Source of the DNA: Paraphysomonas bandaiensis
Lineage: Eukaryota > Protista > Chrysophyceae
Assembly (NCBI GenBank): GCA_965644295.1
Contig: CBFFRP010000191.1
Span: 1-64,000, forward strand
Direction: 5' to 3'
Length of the DNA stretch: 64,000 bases
In this document: positions 1-13,085 of the stretch, piece by piece
How the letters are laid out: each line of letters opens with the position of its first letter
How positions within the stretch are numbered: position 1 is the stretch's first letter
Program-made: the position numbers and the translations under genes
Notes under the pieces: model-generated
The model's input: the letters and a program-made list of their open reading frames with translations, nothing else
Told to the model about the DNA's origin: nothing
The model's database searches: none

Positions 1-144
1 CGGAAATTATAATGGCCATTAATATATAGCAGTACAGGTCATTAATGGTAGTCCGGTTACCGGCAATTATAATGGCATTAATTAAGATTGTCCCGGCAAT
101 TATAATGGCATTACCATATTACCATTAATGGTTACCAGGCCCTG
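1..144. mobile_element. Terminus of a hAT-like DNA transposon (subterminal repeats plus end ...CAGGCCCTG)
   Basis: Repeated ATTATAATGGC/CCATTAATGG motifs ending CCATTAATGGTTACCAGGCCCTG. A near-identical end occurs at 43222-43244, downstream of a hAT dimerisation-domain remnant. Confidence 0.65.
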
Positions 145-636
145 ATATATTCGCCCTTTTCTTGAACGCACACATTTTTATTAAATGGTCAGATGTTTTA
201 TTATAATTCAATCTTTTACAGTCATAATCTCGTCGTAAGGAAAGCTCAAATGCAATGACAAGACTAGTCCCAACACACCAATTTATCCATTAAAATAGGG
301 GTTAATTTGTCTCACCAATTCGATTCGAATTTTACAGTAGCTGAGAAATATACCCATTAAATACTTATATGATGGCATACACACCGTACACTTATCGCGA
401 TAAATTCGTAATATTATAGATAAAAACATATATCAAATGTAGCTACAAGTAACTCTACAATATTTCCTAAACGAAGCGTGAAAGGAACAAGAGGTAAATT
501 TATCTAATCGTATGTATTGGACAGCTAGTGCTGTGCAGTCGTGGCATTACCACGGCTAAGGCCGAGGAAAGTCTCGTGTCTCTTGGGTACGGAAGCGTTC
601 GATACTACAGGCACCCGTTATGAAGTCCATACGTTG

Positions 637-3587
637 CTATATATCCGAATCTGAAAAGCCGTCTGAATCCTGAAGTATGCATAAATATAGAGATGCAAGG
701 CATAAAATAACCTATACCGAAAAACTGAAATCAGAGGAATCATCATCACCTTCTGCGGACCGCATTTTCTCGACCTGTAACTTCGATTTCTCAATCATGT
801 CACTGAAGTACACACCCGTGAGGAAAAAATAATGAAATACGAAACATGATTTCAAATACCTGAGATGAGAGGATTGTCGCTTTATTAATTTTTCTCGTCG
901 ATCGGAAACAGAACTCTTGGCGGATTCTGTCCAACTGTATGTATATACTTTACGCACTTCAGATGCATATATAGTATACGTACCTCTTTATTCTAGTCAA
1001 CTTTTTCACTTTTTCTCTCCGCTTCTTCTGCGTTGCAACTGTAGTTTTAGCCTTTTGAGCCCACCTGATGTGTGTGACATTACAAAAAACATACATATAT
1101 ATTCTCCTGTTACCGTTTCATTGATGCAACGTCAGAAAGAGATTTCAGAGTTCCTCTCTCTCTGTGCGCTTCTTCAGCATCTTTTTGTGCAGAGATCGTC
1201 AAGCTGGATAGGGAAACTAATTGGCCGACATATCACAAGGTGGAAACATACGTCTACTACCTTTCCAGTTCGTCTTGACAGCTTTTGAGATCGCGTTTTC
1301 TAATAAGAATATTCGATCTTGCGGTAGAGAGCCAACTGTACAAAGATTATTGTACACGTCAACTTAAGGAGCCACTCACGCTCTGATTTTCGCCAAAAGC
1401 CGTGGTGAAAACACGACTGGAGTGCTCGCCTCTGGCTGCTCGGAATCCCCTGTGCTAGCTGAAACCAACGTCACCTCTTCTTCACCACTGGTGAACAAAC
1501 AGTCAATAGAGTCTTGTCATGCTATAAAGCCTTACCACTGTGCAGGAACCCCGAGTACCCAACAATGTGTCTGAATTTCAACTATACTCAGTCTGCGTAC
1601 TCTGTTTCAGCCAAAAATGCATGTCAACTATCAAGTGACCTTTTCTCAGGTTTTTTTTGAAGGATGTGATGAAACAAATCTTTAAGTTCTACCGAGTAAG
1701 ATTAAATATGAAGGGAGGTAATGCGACGGTAAATCAATCACCTGGAGAAATAGAATGGGGCATCACAGGATCATCATATCTTGATATCGAAATTAACACT
1801 TTCATAATATCGATATTGATCATTTACCTTATTGCGTGAAACAATACCGACGTCAAGGGATTCTGAAAGGGGGGTTTGCCGAAAATGAATATCCACAGGC
1901 ATATACTGGCAGCCCATATATCGGCCATATACGCTGAATGAATACTGTCGCAATTTGAGGAGGTATATAAATATGAAAGGCATAAAGTAGAGCACCTGGA
2001 GGCTTTCGTTTCGCACATTTCCGGACTATAGAAAGAATATGTTCCTGTTTCGAAATACAGTCACGATACACGGAAGGTACTTCACAATTAGATCAGACCT
2101 TCAGTCTGTCGTACAATTCCTCTGCTCTTTGAGTGGGGCAAAACTCGAAGGCTTCTTGTTTCCTTCACTCTTTCGTCCGCGAAATGATTAGAAACTCCGA
2201 AATCAGCGACCTATACGTGAGACTCGAAGGTCAACATCACTGGAATTTGTCAAGACAACATCGCACACCTTTAAATTCCCGTGAAAGTCAACCAATAAAT
2301 TGTCCGGTTTTATATCCCTACCCAAGCGAGTTAAACGTGTGTGTTTGTTGAGGTACCTGATACCTGTGGGCAATATGATGGACGTGTAGGTACGCTAACG
2401 CACTCATTAGGTCACTTCGTAACAGTCCAGTTAAAAGTGCGTGGTTGTTATCGATACCACATACCGGAACACTTTACTAGCCATTGCTTCTAGCATAACC
2501 CCATTCGTAAGTTTGCAAACAAAGGAACTAGTTGCAGAATTATAGGTCATTATGGGTCCCGCCTGAAGAGAAGTTAACCCACGAGTATAATTCCGCCAAC
2601 AGACCTCTACATATTCCATTACGAGATAAAGGTTTTTGCTATCCGTTGAGTCAATGACTTCATGAAGCTTCACTAAATGGGGGTGCGATAGACGGGTAAG
2701 AACTTGAATTTCTTTAGCAACCTCTTCCGGAAGAGATTCAGTCTAAAAGAAACACTCATTACGCATCTCACATTTCTACTTTACTGCGACACAAAATTTC
2801 AGCTCACACCCAGCTCATACCCATTTGCTAGGAAAATTTGGAGGCATATCTGTATAGGTCGGAGAAGTCTCAGGTGTTGTATTTGGGGTGGAATTATTAC
2901 TTCCCACACTCCCTCGGCGAAACTGATTAGACTTCCGACGGCACTCCATCGCAGTCTTCTTTATCATTTTCACAGCATACCTGCAATTATACGTTATTAA
3001 CTCATACAACAGTGAAAGAAACACTACTACATCTCAGTAGTAATGGCTGTGGTGCCATATTCTTCATGCGGTAACTTGACCGCAAGTTTGACCTCTGCGA
3101 AGGAACCCTACGTCACTATCATCACTGAAATTTGGATACACTTGCGAATAAAGGAACCTGCCCAATAGTCTTTAAAAAAGTATACTGATTTACTCCTAAC
3201 TGCTTCCCCTTGCTCATCAGTACATCCACTCTAAATCAAGGACTTATTACATTCACAATGAATTTACAAATAAACATACTCTTGGGTAAATTGCACATGG
3301 GATTCCTTGTCGAAAAACCTGGCGTTTGCATGCTCTGGACCTGAGGGTGACATTACATAACCGTAAAATACAAATTAACATGAATTTTACTCTTTATAAT
3401 ATCATTCTTGGTTTCAGGTGGGTGAACATCACGGCGAATATAAGTGACGGAATCGGTTTCATCATTTAGCCCGATAGATATTGTATTTCTACAATTACAC
3501 AACACAGATTATCAACTACTACAAATAAATCAACAGCACTCACATGTCAATCTCTTCGCTTGATGCGTTTACTACTGTTTCCTCCAT
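637..3587 (-). CDS. Multi-exon Ser/Thr protein kinase, CaMKK/LKB1-like (exon borders approximate)
   Basis: Exon pieces give GSFAEVKLA, YAVKMIKK, HPHLVKLHEVIDSTDSKNLYLVMEYVE|AGPIM, YLHVHHIAHR, IADFGVS and ADIWAA..LWIFIFGKPPF, separated by short GT-AG introns. ATG at 3587 (MEETVVNASSEEID); probable stop at 637-639. Confidence 0.8.
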
Positions 3588-4199
3588 ATTTATATATCCT
3601 GTAGATTATAATTATTTATTCTAATGTATATCCTTCTATTGCGGTCGCTCTCAGCTCTCAGTGTATGCTACTACTTAATCAGCGTCACTTTCAGCAAGTA
3701 TAAGTTACCACACCATTCCAAAATGTGCGATAACAACCTTCCAATAACTGAAGGTGCGCACAGCTATATACTCACGATCGTATTCAAAGGATAGCTAATA
3801 TACTAACCAGAGAACAAACGATCCAATCATATGAATTTCCAGCCAATAAATGCTCCCCAAAAAAACTGCGTTGACCAACCAATCGAAATGTAATTTTTCA
3901 TATGGAAGCTATAAAACAGGGCTGACCTTTAATAACCAATGATATAGCATCTATCAAAAATATTCATGAGCTATTGGTTACAGATTGCTGTTTGTGTTCC
4001 CTCAATCACATGCATGATATTCCTCTACAACATCTAGACATGAATCATATCTATATATAGTGTAGTGAAACATTGATATAAAGATATTCATAAGTGATTA
4101 AAAACTGGTCAACAATGTGGAAGGTGTGAAGGCCTACATTTCTAATATTCATAACCAGCAAATGCAGGGTAAAAGCCTGTCAATGTGGTTGAGACGCGT

Positions 4200-5620
4200 A
4201 TTTTGTGATATTTGAGTTTGATGAAGGGAGATATTTGGTTGAAGGTTTACTGTTGCCACACTCACATCTCATGACTTACGTGTCCCAGATAAACTTCCCA
4301 TACTGGTATCACATGTACTCCGAGAGAAAACTGTCCAATGGGTTACTGCAGCACTGGCAAAACGATTCAAGAACAGTAACATGTGCATTGCTTTGTACAC
4401 CATTTTACGATTCAAGTTCTACGATATTGGTGGATGAGGACTTCGTTCGAGAATATTATCAAGTACATCATGAAGCTCTGTGAGCTTCAGTTGACTTAAA
4501 ATACCTTTCCAACCTTTCGTCAAAGTCAACTGTTATATAATTTACTTCTTCCAGCCTATTCTCGTTTGGTGGATATTTCAAAATTAGTTCAAACGACGAG
4601 CTGTGCTATGTTTAGTGTTGTATGTGGCACTGTAAAAATGCCTGCTTATTAGCAGTATATCTAGCGGTATAAGGCTAGGTTTACGTAAGCATAAATCTAT
4701 TAATGGTCATCCTATCTCAGGAGAGTTTGGACAGGTTTTCGAACAGGCAAGCTGAAATACTTCCAATAGAGTATTGCAAACCAGGAGCACAGACTTTACT
4801 TGGGGCTAATCTCTAACTATTGGTCAAACCAGGGCCAAAATCAATCGAAACGAAACTTCGTGCTTAGGCTGCGATTCTCCTTCTGATTCCATCAAGCACA
4901 TAAGCTTAAGCAGTCGACACCCACAAACCACATTCAGTCGAGGAACCTATCAACTACACATAGTATCCCAGATGTGTTTCTCAAGTATAATGCTAGTAAA
5001 GAGGTGTCATAACTTAAGTCAACTTTCTATACTCTCTGGATCGCAGATGACAGATAGAAATGCCAAAACATCTCGAGAACCTCATGCCTTGGAATCCACC
5101 TGTTAGAAATGTAACGACCACTCTTCTTCACAGTAAAAAAACTAGGGACCAAAGCCAGAGACAATCTACAGCAAAGATCGAATCACTCCTAGTATATTCA
5201 CAAGCCAAGCACGTTCTACAAGTTGATGTGGTCATAAACCACGGTGCTGTAGTCAAAACTGGTAAAATTTAAGCTAATTATTGCAATTTAATTGCCAATT
5301 ATTGTCTAATTAACTTAGTAAAGCCCAAGAACATAAAGCCCACCAATAGATGAAATGCCATAGATTTGCGCATTAAGAAAATGGATGATCGTCTATAGTT
5401 ATCCACTCCAACCATATGAGCGCATTAAGAGAGAAAGGAGAAACTTTTCTCTCAACATAATAATTCATGGGACCAGCTCCCCGTAAAACTGTCTTGACCT
5501 CTTGGCATCTCAGCCTTCGTGTTGCTTTGCATGCTGATCCCAGTGAACCGTCCTGCTTATCTCTGTCACTGATACGATTTTTGACATTCTCTGCATTCTC
5601 ATTTCTGATGACCATCATCT
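4200..5620 (-). mobile_element. Highly decayed retroelement-like sequence
   Basis: Only faint pol-like fragments (e.g. QEVKTVLRGAGPMNYY, RLEEVNY) with many stops. Confidence 0.25.
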
Positions 5621-5742
5621 TGAGTCCTTGAGTTGGGTAGAAACATCCTTAAAAAGGACTCTGGTATTAAGTGTTCAGACACCTCTAGATTAATGATACA
5701 CACACTCTTCTACATTATAATGATGATATATATTTAGTAGCA

Positions 5743-6255
5743 CGATCACCCTCAACAAAGTCGGACTTTCACCCTTTCGTCGTGTTCTGGGGGATAAGTA
5801 CCGGAGGTATTTCTCCGGGAAACTAACGTGAGCCGCATATATAGTCAGCAGATATTGTTCTGCCCACTCATAGCCAATGCTTGTGTGGTACTAGGGACAC
5901 TAATAAGTGTCAACTGTGTAGACGTCTTTGGGCCCTGACGAATAAACAGGCATCCGGGAATGGGCCCACCTGATGGGCATCCGGGACAGGCCCCACCTGA
6001 AGGGTAACCGGGGTATTTGGCTGCCTGCTGAAGTCAAGCATCCGGGATGTTCACCTTAAGAACTCAGAGCGGAAGTGGTCGCACCTTGGTGCTTGCGGCG
6101 ACGCACAAGCAGCTTCCGTAGCGTTAAATAGTAGGATAAAAAAGTGTGTACTGATTAGTCACAGGTAGAGGTCTAACTAGTTTGTCTAGCATTCATCTAG
6201 CTACTAAGTTGGTGCAGGTTTTTAACGCCTATTGCTAATAATAAGACTTTCAATA
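5743..6255 (+). mobile_element. Retroposed repeat family R, short (SINE-like) copy a
   Basis: Homologous over its length to 10140-10617. The 3' ~190 nt is shared with 14801-15551 and 48063-49706. Possible TSD TATTTAGTAGCA / TATATAGTAGCA (5731-5742, 6254-6265). Confidence 0.6.
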
Positions 6256-6789
6256 TATAGTAGCATGGTATGAAATGACCAAAACTCTAAATATCCAGGT
6301 TTTTGACTACAGAAAACAGTTATAAGCCCTGATATTACCATATCCATGCCGCTGCGCGTCTAGTTCGTTCGTAGTGAACTTCAATCCTTCAGTGACCTCT
6401 GTCCTGTAAGGCAGGATCGGTAATATGATTGCCAAACTACTTAGAGATACATATCTTAAAACTAGAAGGGTATTACGCTATATGGGTCGAGCTGAACTTA
6501 GTCTTGTAGCTCAAGATCAAGAGGAAAGAAACGTAATCGACCGTTCAAAGAAACACTACTTCTCTTAATGTAAAGATATTAATAAGAGAGCCAGCCTTCC
6601 CACCATATTAATAGCAATTATAATAGCTATGAAGGGAGACGGTCATTAAGGGCAATAAAGTAGGATTTATTATGTTCACCTTCTATGTTTACGTACATTT
6701 CACTTGCATCGAGATTTCATAAATGTATGAACAACGACAGGATCATTCCGGCAGTAGAGAAAGTATACAATATTTATAACAACTTACAA

Positions 6790-8342
6790 TCTTGGAAGCC
6801 GATCATATTTACGACGATCCTACTAAAAATGAGTACCCACTGCTTCCACGAGTTTACAGAGGTACTGAATTTAGCTTAGAAGATTAACCACAGGATTTGG
6901 ATGTTTTCGTCCGCCCTTTGCGGCGCGATGTATATATACGTGGCGTCTCATTGGCTTTGAAAACGCCATTGAAGAACATAGCTTGTATTTTCAGTTGGAA
7001 ATCCAAACGGCAGGAGGCAAAAACACAAATGTCTCGTATCGTTATTGACACTGACTTAAAATCTTTGCTATTCAATCTCCATAAGCACTTAGACTCAATA
7101 TTTGTCGACATGTCATCGTATAGTGACGATATCGTTTCATTAGCATGGGCTGTCAGGCTGTCACCGGACTCGCAGTCTCCTTCCCATCTTGCGATCTCTT
7201 TTACTCGCTTGTTTTTTTTAATATTATCTAAGGCGTAGTTGTATACGTCGCGAAGAAAAGATTCTATCGGGTCGTCTGTTCCTTTCACTCTCTTTCTGTG
7301 TTGAGGTGGAAAAAGAGTCTGCACGCTGGAGACAATACTACCGTAAGGAAGAGGAACACTGAAACAGAATCATTCTAGTGAAAACCGTTATATATATAAC
7401 CTACGTGAGCATTAAATCCGACAACTTTCGCCCCTTGTCTGATCTAGTTCGGCTGCCTGCGTACAGTGCCGACATGCAAGGGGCGGTCACACTTTCAGTC
7501 GGCGACGAGGGCTGACAACCCGCGTTGTTTTGTCGTGGACCAATCGGGGTAGTCGAAATACCACCACTGCAACGAGAAATTTCCCAAGCGATACCTTCCA
7601 ATATTGCTCTGATCATCTGTTATACATTCCATCACCTAAAATCTATTATCCTATAAACGTCAGGTGGGTACCTCATCAAAAGTGGAACAAACACGAAGGC
7701 TAGAAAACGCTACCACTGCATAGAGTTGGTGCAAATACACAATTCCACGACGGTTGAAATCGAGCTCGCTAAATATCATGCCAGCAGTATGTTCAGGAAA
7801 ACTAGGGATCGTTGCCAAGATTGCCCGAATAAATATCTTGATGATGAATTACACAAATATTAATAACAGGTGCTAGAACGTACATTTCTGTGAACAAGTA
7901 CCCCAGTGTCATCAAGAGCACAAAACCCAATTGAATTTGAGTCTTCCAATAATACCATTGTACTTTCCATTATATCGAGTACGTCAGCTTCTGATGCATG
8001 AAGATAGCCAATCAGAATTTCGATGAGACTAAAAAGGCCACCTTTTGAGGAAGCAGGAATAACGTTTGCCTTGGTAACTTCTGTCGCTGTTGAGAGCGCA
8101 GGTAATGTAGGTTGACTATCGCAACATTTTAGTCAGAGTACCAGAAATGTATGTCATGTATACCTCGCAACTGTCACACGCTTCCATTTATTCTTGTGTG
8201 ATTTTGAGTGTCGCTTAATATACTCTGGATTGAGGCTATCAAACACATTATCAGCAGATGGGCACAGTAAAGATCCATGAAGACTGTCCATGCTGAAGCT
8301 CTTTTTGGCTCGAGTACGCTGTCGAGTTGCTATTTTAGACAT
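6790..8342 (-). CDS. Multi-exon hypothetical protein (3' end not resolved)
   Basis: Consecutive minus-strand open segments (8154-8342, ~7880-8130, 7401-7640, 6884-7350) bounded by plausible GT/AG sites. No recognisable domain. Confidence 0.45.
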
Positions 8343-8993
8343 TACTATAGATGTATTGTTGTATCACAAATCAAGTTTGCTGTAGACTAATATTAGACTG
8401 AGATCAACTAAGAGCCAACTTGTCGAATTAATAACGAAGTATAATCCTATGTCCAGAATATAGAGTTGTCAGACATATTCAATGAACAATAGGTTGTCAT
8501 TGATATCAATATAAATAGACACATCTTCGCGTTGAGGTGATAGTTATAAACGACACACTGCGACGATGGTTCGTACGCTCAAAGAATCAATAAGTTTCAC
8601 ACACAAACATAAGTTTTACATCAAATATGTATATTAAAAGTTGCATCTAATACAGCAAGACTGCGTAAATTAGCTGACTTTTACGTTCAGCTGATGGGGG
8701 AGGAAAGTTCAGTCATCTCTGTCACTTCAACCATCTGTGTATGGTTTCATAACGGATGTCAACCATATCTGTATCCGGGTCGAATACCGAATAGCCGGAT
8801 CTTGTCATTTTTTTCGGGATGTATGTTCTATACAGCAGTATACCGTATACCGTATACTGGTGTACCAGTATGTAGCATCCAGAGTGTCATAAAGTATATG
8901 TGTTCTTGTGGATACATACAACCCCTCATGGGGTGCGTGTACTTCCTGTGAAAAGAAGAAAGGCTTTTCGTGCAACCATATTTGATATCAGTG

Positions 8994-9551
8994 ATGTTTT
9001 ACACGATATTAGGTCAAATATGCTCTTGTCTGGATCCCAATGGAAGCACCACGAGTGAGGAATTAAATATTCTTCATCGCGGCGGAAAATTTGCGAGGAG
9101 CATATATCTTGGACTATCCAGCCAAGAGCTCTTTATGGAACTAAGTAAAGATAATTCCACGATTGCGTGGAAAACGCTAAATAGTACATCAGTGGAATTT
9201 GGGGAAATAGATTTAGCTGGTAGTGTTAAATCTGTGCGCCCACAAGGTCACCAAGGAATACAATACATTGACAACAACGGCAAGTGTATATTTGAAGTAA
9301 ACGCAGACGATAGAGCTGTCAGAGACCAGTGGATTGTTGCGCTGAATGAGTTACTATCATCATGGAATGAAGACCCTAGTAAAAGACCGCACTCAACTGT
9401 TTCTTCCAAAGGAACCTCAAATAAAGCTGAGTATTTTAAAGCTCGTGAAGAAGAACTGTTGCGAAGGGAACAAGAAGCAGCAGAAAGAAAGAAGAAGTAC
9501 AGTGCTGGCGGCATGAAGTATACTGCAATGGCGTTGGCCAACAAATCTTAG
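8994..9551 (+). CDS. Small PH-domain protein with C-terminal coiled coil
   Basis: LHRGGKF...LSKDNSTIAWK...GEIDL...FEVNADDRAVRDQWIVALNELL matches a PH beta-sandwich plus the Trp-containing helix. It is followed by a charged helix REEELLRREQEAAERKKKY. Confidence 0.75.
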   Translation: MFYTILGQICSCLDPNGSTTSEELNILHRGGKFARSIYLGLSSQELFMELSKDNSTIAWKTLNSTSVEFGEIDLAGSVKSVRPQGHQGIQYIDNNGKCIFEVNADDRAVRDQWIVALNELLSSWNEDPSKRPHSTVSSKGTSNKAEYFKAREEELLRREQEAAERKKKYSAGGMKYTAMALANKS

Positions 9552-10139
9552 CATCACATATTCATTCAGCAATAAAATTTTCGTGGTGTGTATCTCCTGG
9601 CGAGTGTAGAAATAGTATAACGTAGGTGCATTCTGCTTTTAAATCTAATATTTTATGTATATTCACGATGTATAAGTACTTTCGTAAAGGGTAGTCTATT
9701 TACCTTGCTGAGTAAATAGAATACGAAATCCGTTCCGAGCGGTTACTCTGGCGTGTGGTGTTATACACAAGTAGTTCCGAAATGAGATAAATAAGAATGT
9801 CTGTGATTATTACTTCATGAGAACGGTTGTGTATAGAAACTAGTTTTACATCTATAGACTAACTAGTAACTGGACTCGAAATGATATAAAAAGTAGGTAT
9901 TAGTAAGTGGGAATTAGTTTGACTTGAGTGACTTTTTCCGTGTCAACTATATGGTTAAGGTATTCACGTCTACTATTTATAAGTTTTAGCCCAATCCTCA
10001 CCTGATTTAGATTATATAGCATAATAAGTATTTTTATAAGAATCACTGCATTTTTCTTCTAATAATAAGGTCTTCTTGATTATTCTTTTCCAAAGCTAGG
10101 GAACAAGGTGTTATATTTGCGTCAATGAGTAAAATGACT

Positions 10140-10617
10140 TCAACAAAGTCGGACTCGCACCTTTTGTGGTGTTATGATGGGGAATAAGTACCAGAGACAT
10201 TTCTCCGGGAAACTAACGTGAGCCAAAAATATAGACGGCAGATAATTTTCTGTCCACTCATTGTCAAATAAATGCTTGTGTGGTATAATAAAATAAGGTC
10301 CTGACGTCTTAGATAGGGTCCTGACAAATAAACAGGCATCCAGGAATGGGCCCACCTGAAGGGCATCCGGAGGTTGGGCTGTCTGCTGAAGTCAAGCATC
10401 CAGGCTGTTCACCTTAAGGACTCAAAATCCTGAAGTCAGCAGATGTCAGGTATATCAACATTCTGCTTGCTCACTGTGTTTGCTTTGAGAGCGACAGTGT
10501 TTGCTCCTTGGCTGGAGATGACGCACAACCAGCTTTCGTAACGTTAAATAGTAGGAAAGCACTAGTTAGTTACATTGTTTTGCTACATTATTTTTGACCT
10601 ATGAACGCCTATTGCTA
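10140..10617 (+). mobile_element. Family R short copy b (diverged)
   Basis: Starts TCAACAAAGTCGGACT like 5752 and ends AACGCCTATTGCTA. Confidence 0.6.
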
Positions 10618-10835
10618 CAACTAGGAGATGTATGTAATGTGTTCACTACTATTTCAGAATAAAAGTCACCGACTACACATCATAATATAACATATATTAT
10701 ACAATACATCCAGCTTTTTTTTTCAGTCAAAAGCACAAAGCTATTCTTTGTACGAGACCCCACTACTACTACACGTTTTCCTGTCAAAGCATTCTCATAT
10801 GAGAGCTGTTCACCTATTCTAATTTTTAGTCCATA

Positions 10836-10913
10836 TATTGAAAGTCTTATTATTAGCAATAGGCGTTAAAAACCTGCACCAACTTTTAGTAGCTAGATGA
10901 ATGCTAGACAAAC
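10836..10913 (-). repeat. Family R 3'-end fragment c
   Basis: Reverse complement of ~6180-6255 (GTTTGTCTAGCATTCATCTAGC...AAGACTTTCAATA). Confidence 0.7.
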
Positions 10914-10914
10914 G

Positions 10915-13085
10915 TTTTAAAAGGATTTAAAGTGTACGCCAGCGGGCTGCTACACTGTTAAGCTCACCAGCGGGTGATGCTTCTCCACTCAGACGCAAAT
11001 CGTGAAAGAATTTGTATAAATCGTTATTTAAAACGTGTAATAGAAAAGTGAGTAACATGCTATATACAACTCTACAGTAACACACACATACAATATCATG
11101 TTCAGCATATCACTTCAGCACACAACACACCAGATCAGAAGTATTTTATCCGGTACGTATTTACAGCCTCAACACTCCGTGTATACACTGAAAGAGTAGA
11201 AACTGAATATGTATCTGAAAACTGAAAATACAAAAACACTCTGTACGTGTTAGAGACTACAACAGAAGAGTAACATATAATACTACTAACAACGCAGAAA
11301 ATAACCAGTACTGCGTTACACTACCCTCTTTCCCCCCAGCTGGAGAAATTAGATTGTGAATACAGACTGTGATTCATGTATGCAAATACTTAAATCGGCC
11401 ATAATAGTTAGCGTCATTCTAAGTATAAACAAACAAAATCAGATTTAAACAGATATGGAGAATAAACTAGATAGACAAGGTAGTATTGTAATAGAAATAA
11501 AAGAATATTGAGAATATTATCATATGTAATAGAAGAATAAAACTTGTTTACAAGAGTATATCAGGAAAACTCTTGCAAAACTCCGCATCGACAAGCACCA
11601 TAGTAGATGGATTAAAGTCAAAGCATATAGTCCATAGCAGTAAACGTCATATGCACTCCACTCATAAGTAGTATCAAATAGTGGACAGTATAAATCAATT
11701 CGTAGACGACGTTTGCCTGCCCATCGTTTACAACGACATAATACTACATAATTTGTGAAATAGCAATCCGGTAATGATAATGCGTCGTACACCGCTTGGC
11801 CTGGTTGAACTCCATCAATCTGCTGTTTCCGCATTCGTAGTCGTTGTTCTTTAGCTTCCTTAGCAGAAAATAAAAGTGGAAATAGCGCAGGAACAACTTT
11901 ACAATACTGCTGAAAAGCCCGTGCTGTTGCAAGATCAGAATGATATGGAATCCACACTTTTGTGAATCATCACTAAATTATACGAGAAAATCCATAGTGG
12001 ATCTCTTTTCAGGATCTCCCCGATAAGCCACAATCTTACGCACTTCATACTGGTTATAGTCTACTAAAGCAATGCGAAATGCCTCATCATGAGTACCAAA
12101 AAATGGTTTAAGCCAAGACATATGAAAGACTACCTCAAATCGCATTACAATATGTGTACAGGTGATATCTGCTTTGTACGTAGAAACAACCTCGTATGGA
12201 CCTTTAAATCTAGGATATAGTTTTGACGGTTTAAATTTCGAAGAATTTGGTTGAAATAAAACGAGCTGTCCGGGTTGATATTCCGTTAGGGTCTCCGGAG
12301 GTGTTTTGGATTTTCTCTTTGCTTGGATCTTGCGTTGAACATCACATGCAATATCACGTATAGTTCTCAAATTCTGATTTATAAGAGATACATATTCCTT
12401 AGTATCAACCGAATCTGACACAACATCTGACAATTTCAAATAAGGTTTGTCTATTGTACCAAATGTAAACTCAAAAAGTGACAATCCCGTTTCGCTACTT
12501 ATTTCATCATTCAGTATGAACTGGATTACCATATAGCACTCCGGCTCTCCCCAGCAATAATCTTGCAACCTTTCATCATGTACAAGAGCACTTAGAAATC
12601 GTAATGTCTTCCTATGGGTTCTCTCCACCATGTTGGACTCATGTCTATCTGTCAAAGACATTCTGAAACAATAACTGAACAACCTCTGCGGTAACATTCG
12701 AACCTGGGTCTGAAACTAACACTTCCGATATAGTCCGTAGGAAAACAATGCTCGCGCTACTCCAACTGCCGTGTAATCGGTTGCTGGATACAGACCAACC
12801 AAACGCGATGGCAATTGCTTTAAGTCGGTGTGATCAATGATGGATGCAACAATGCCCTTTCTTGTCAAATCCTACGTAATGTCTACAATGCTCGGAGTCT
12901 AAAGATCTAATAGGTGCCTGCAAGGAAGCACTCATTCCCGCATTAAACTTCTGACAAATGGGACACCGATCTATGAAATCTTGTATCACCTCTGTGGTTA
13001 ACTTGTGACCTGGAAATACCTTACTCAGCTCTAACCATGTTCGTTTAACTCCATGATGACCTATCCGACCATTGTGTACTAAGAA
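10915..13085 (-). mobile_element. Truncated, decayed Ty3/gypsy element: integrase, chromodomain, PPT and part of the 3' LTR
   Basis: IN zinc finger HNGRIGH...CPIC, GPY/F motif PRFKGPYEV and chromodomain QYEVRKIVAYRGDPEKRSTMDFLV*F..WIPY. Purine tract at 11321-11337 abuts TGTAACGCAG (LTR start 11320). Stops and frameshifts are present; the LTR's far end is uncertain. Confidence 0.8.

Noticed and set aside
5930-6050. Hammerhead ribozyme in family R (CTGACGA / CTGATG motifs)
   Set aside because: No properly placed GAAA or stems II/III were found.
8745-8940. Palindromic GTATAC-rich patch upstream of the PH gene
   Set aside because: No clear TIR/TSD pair or second copy in the window.
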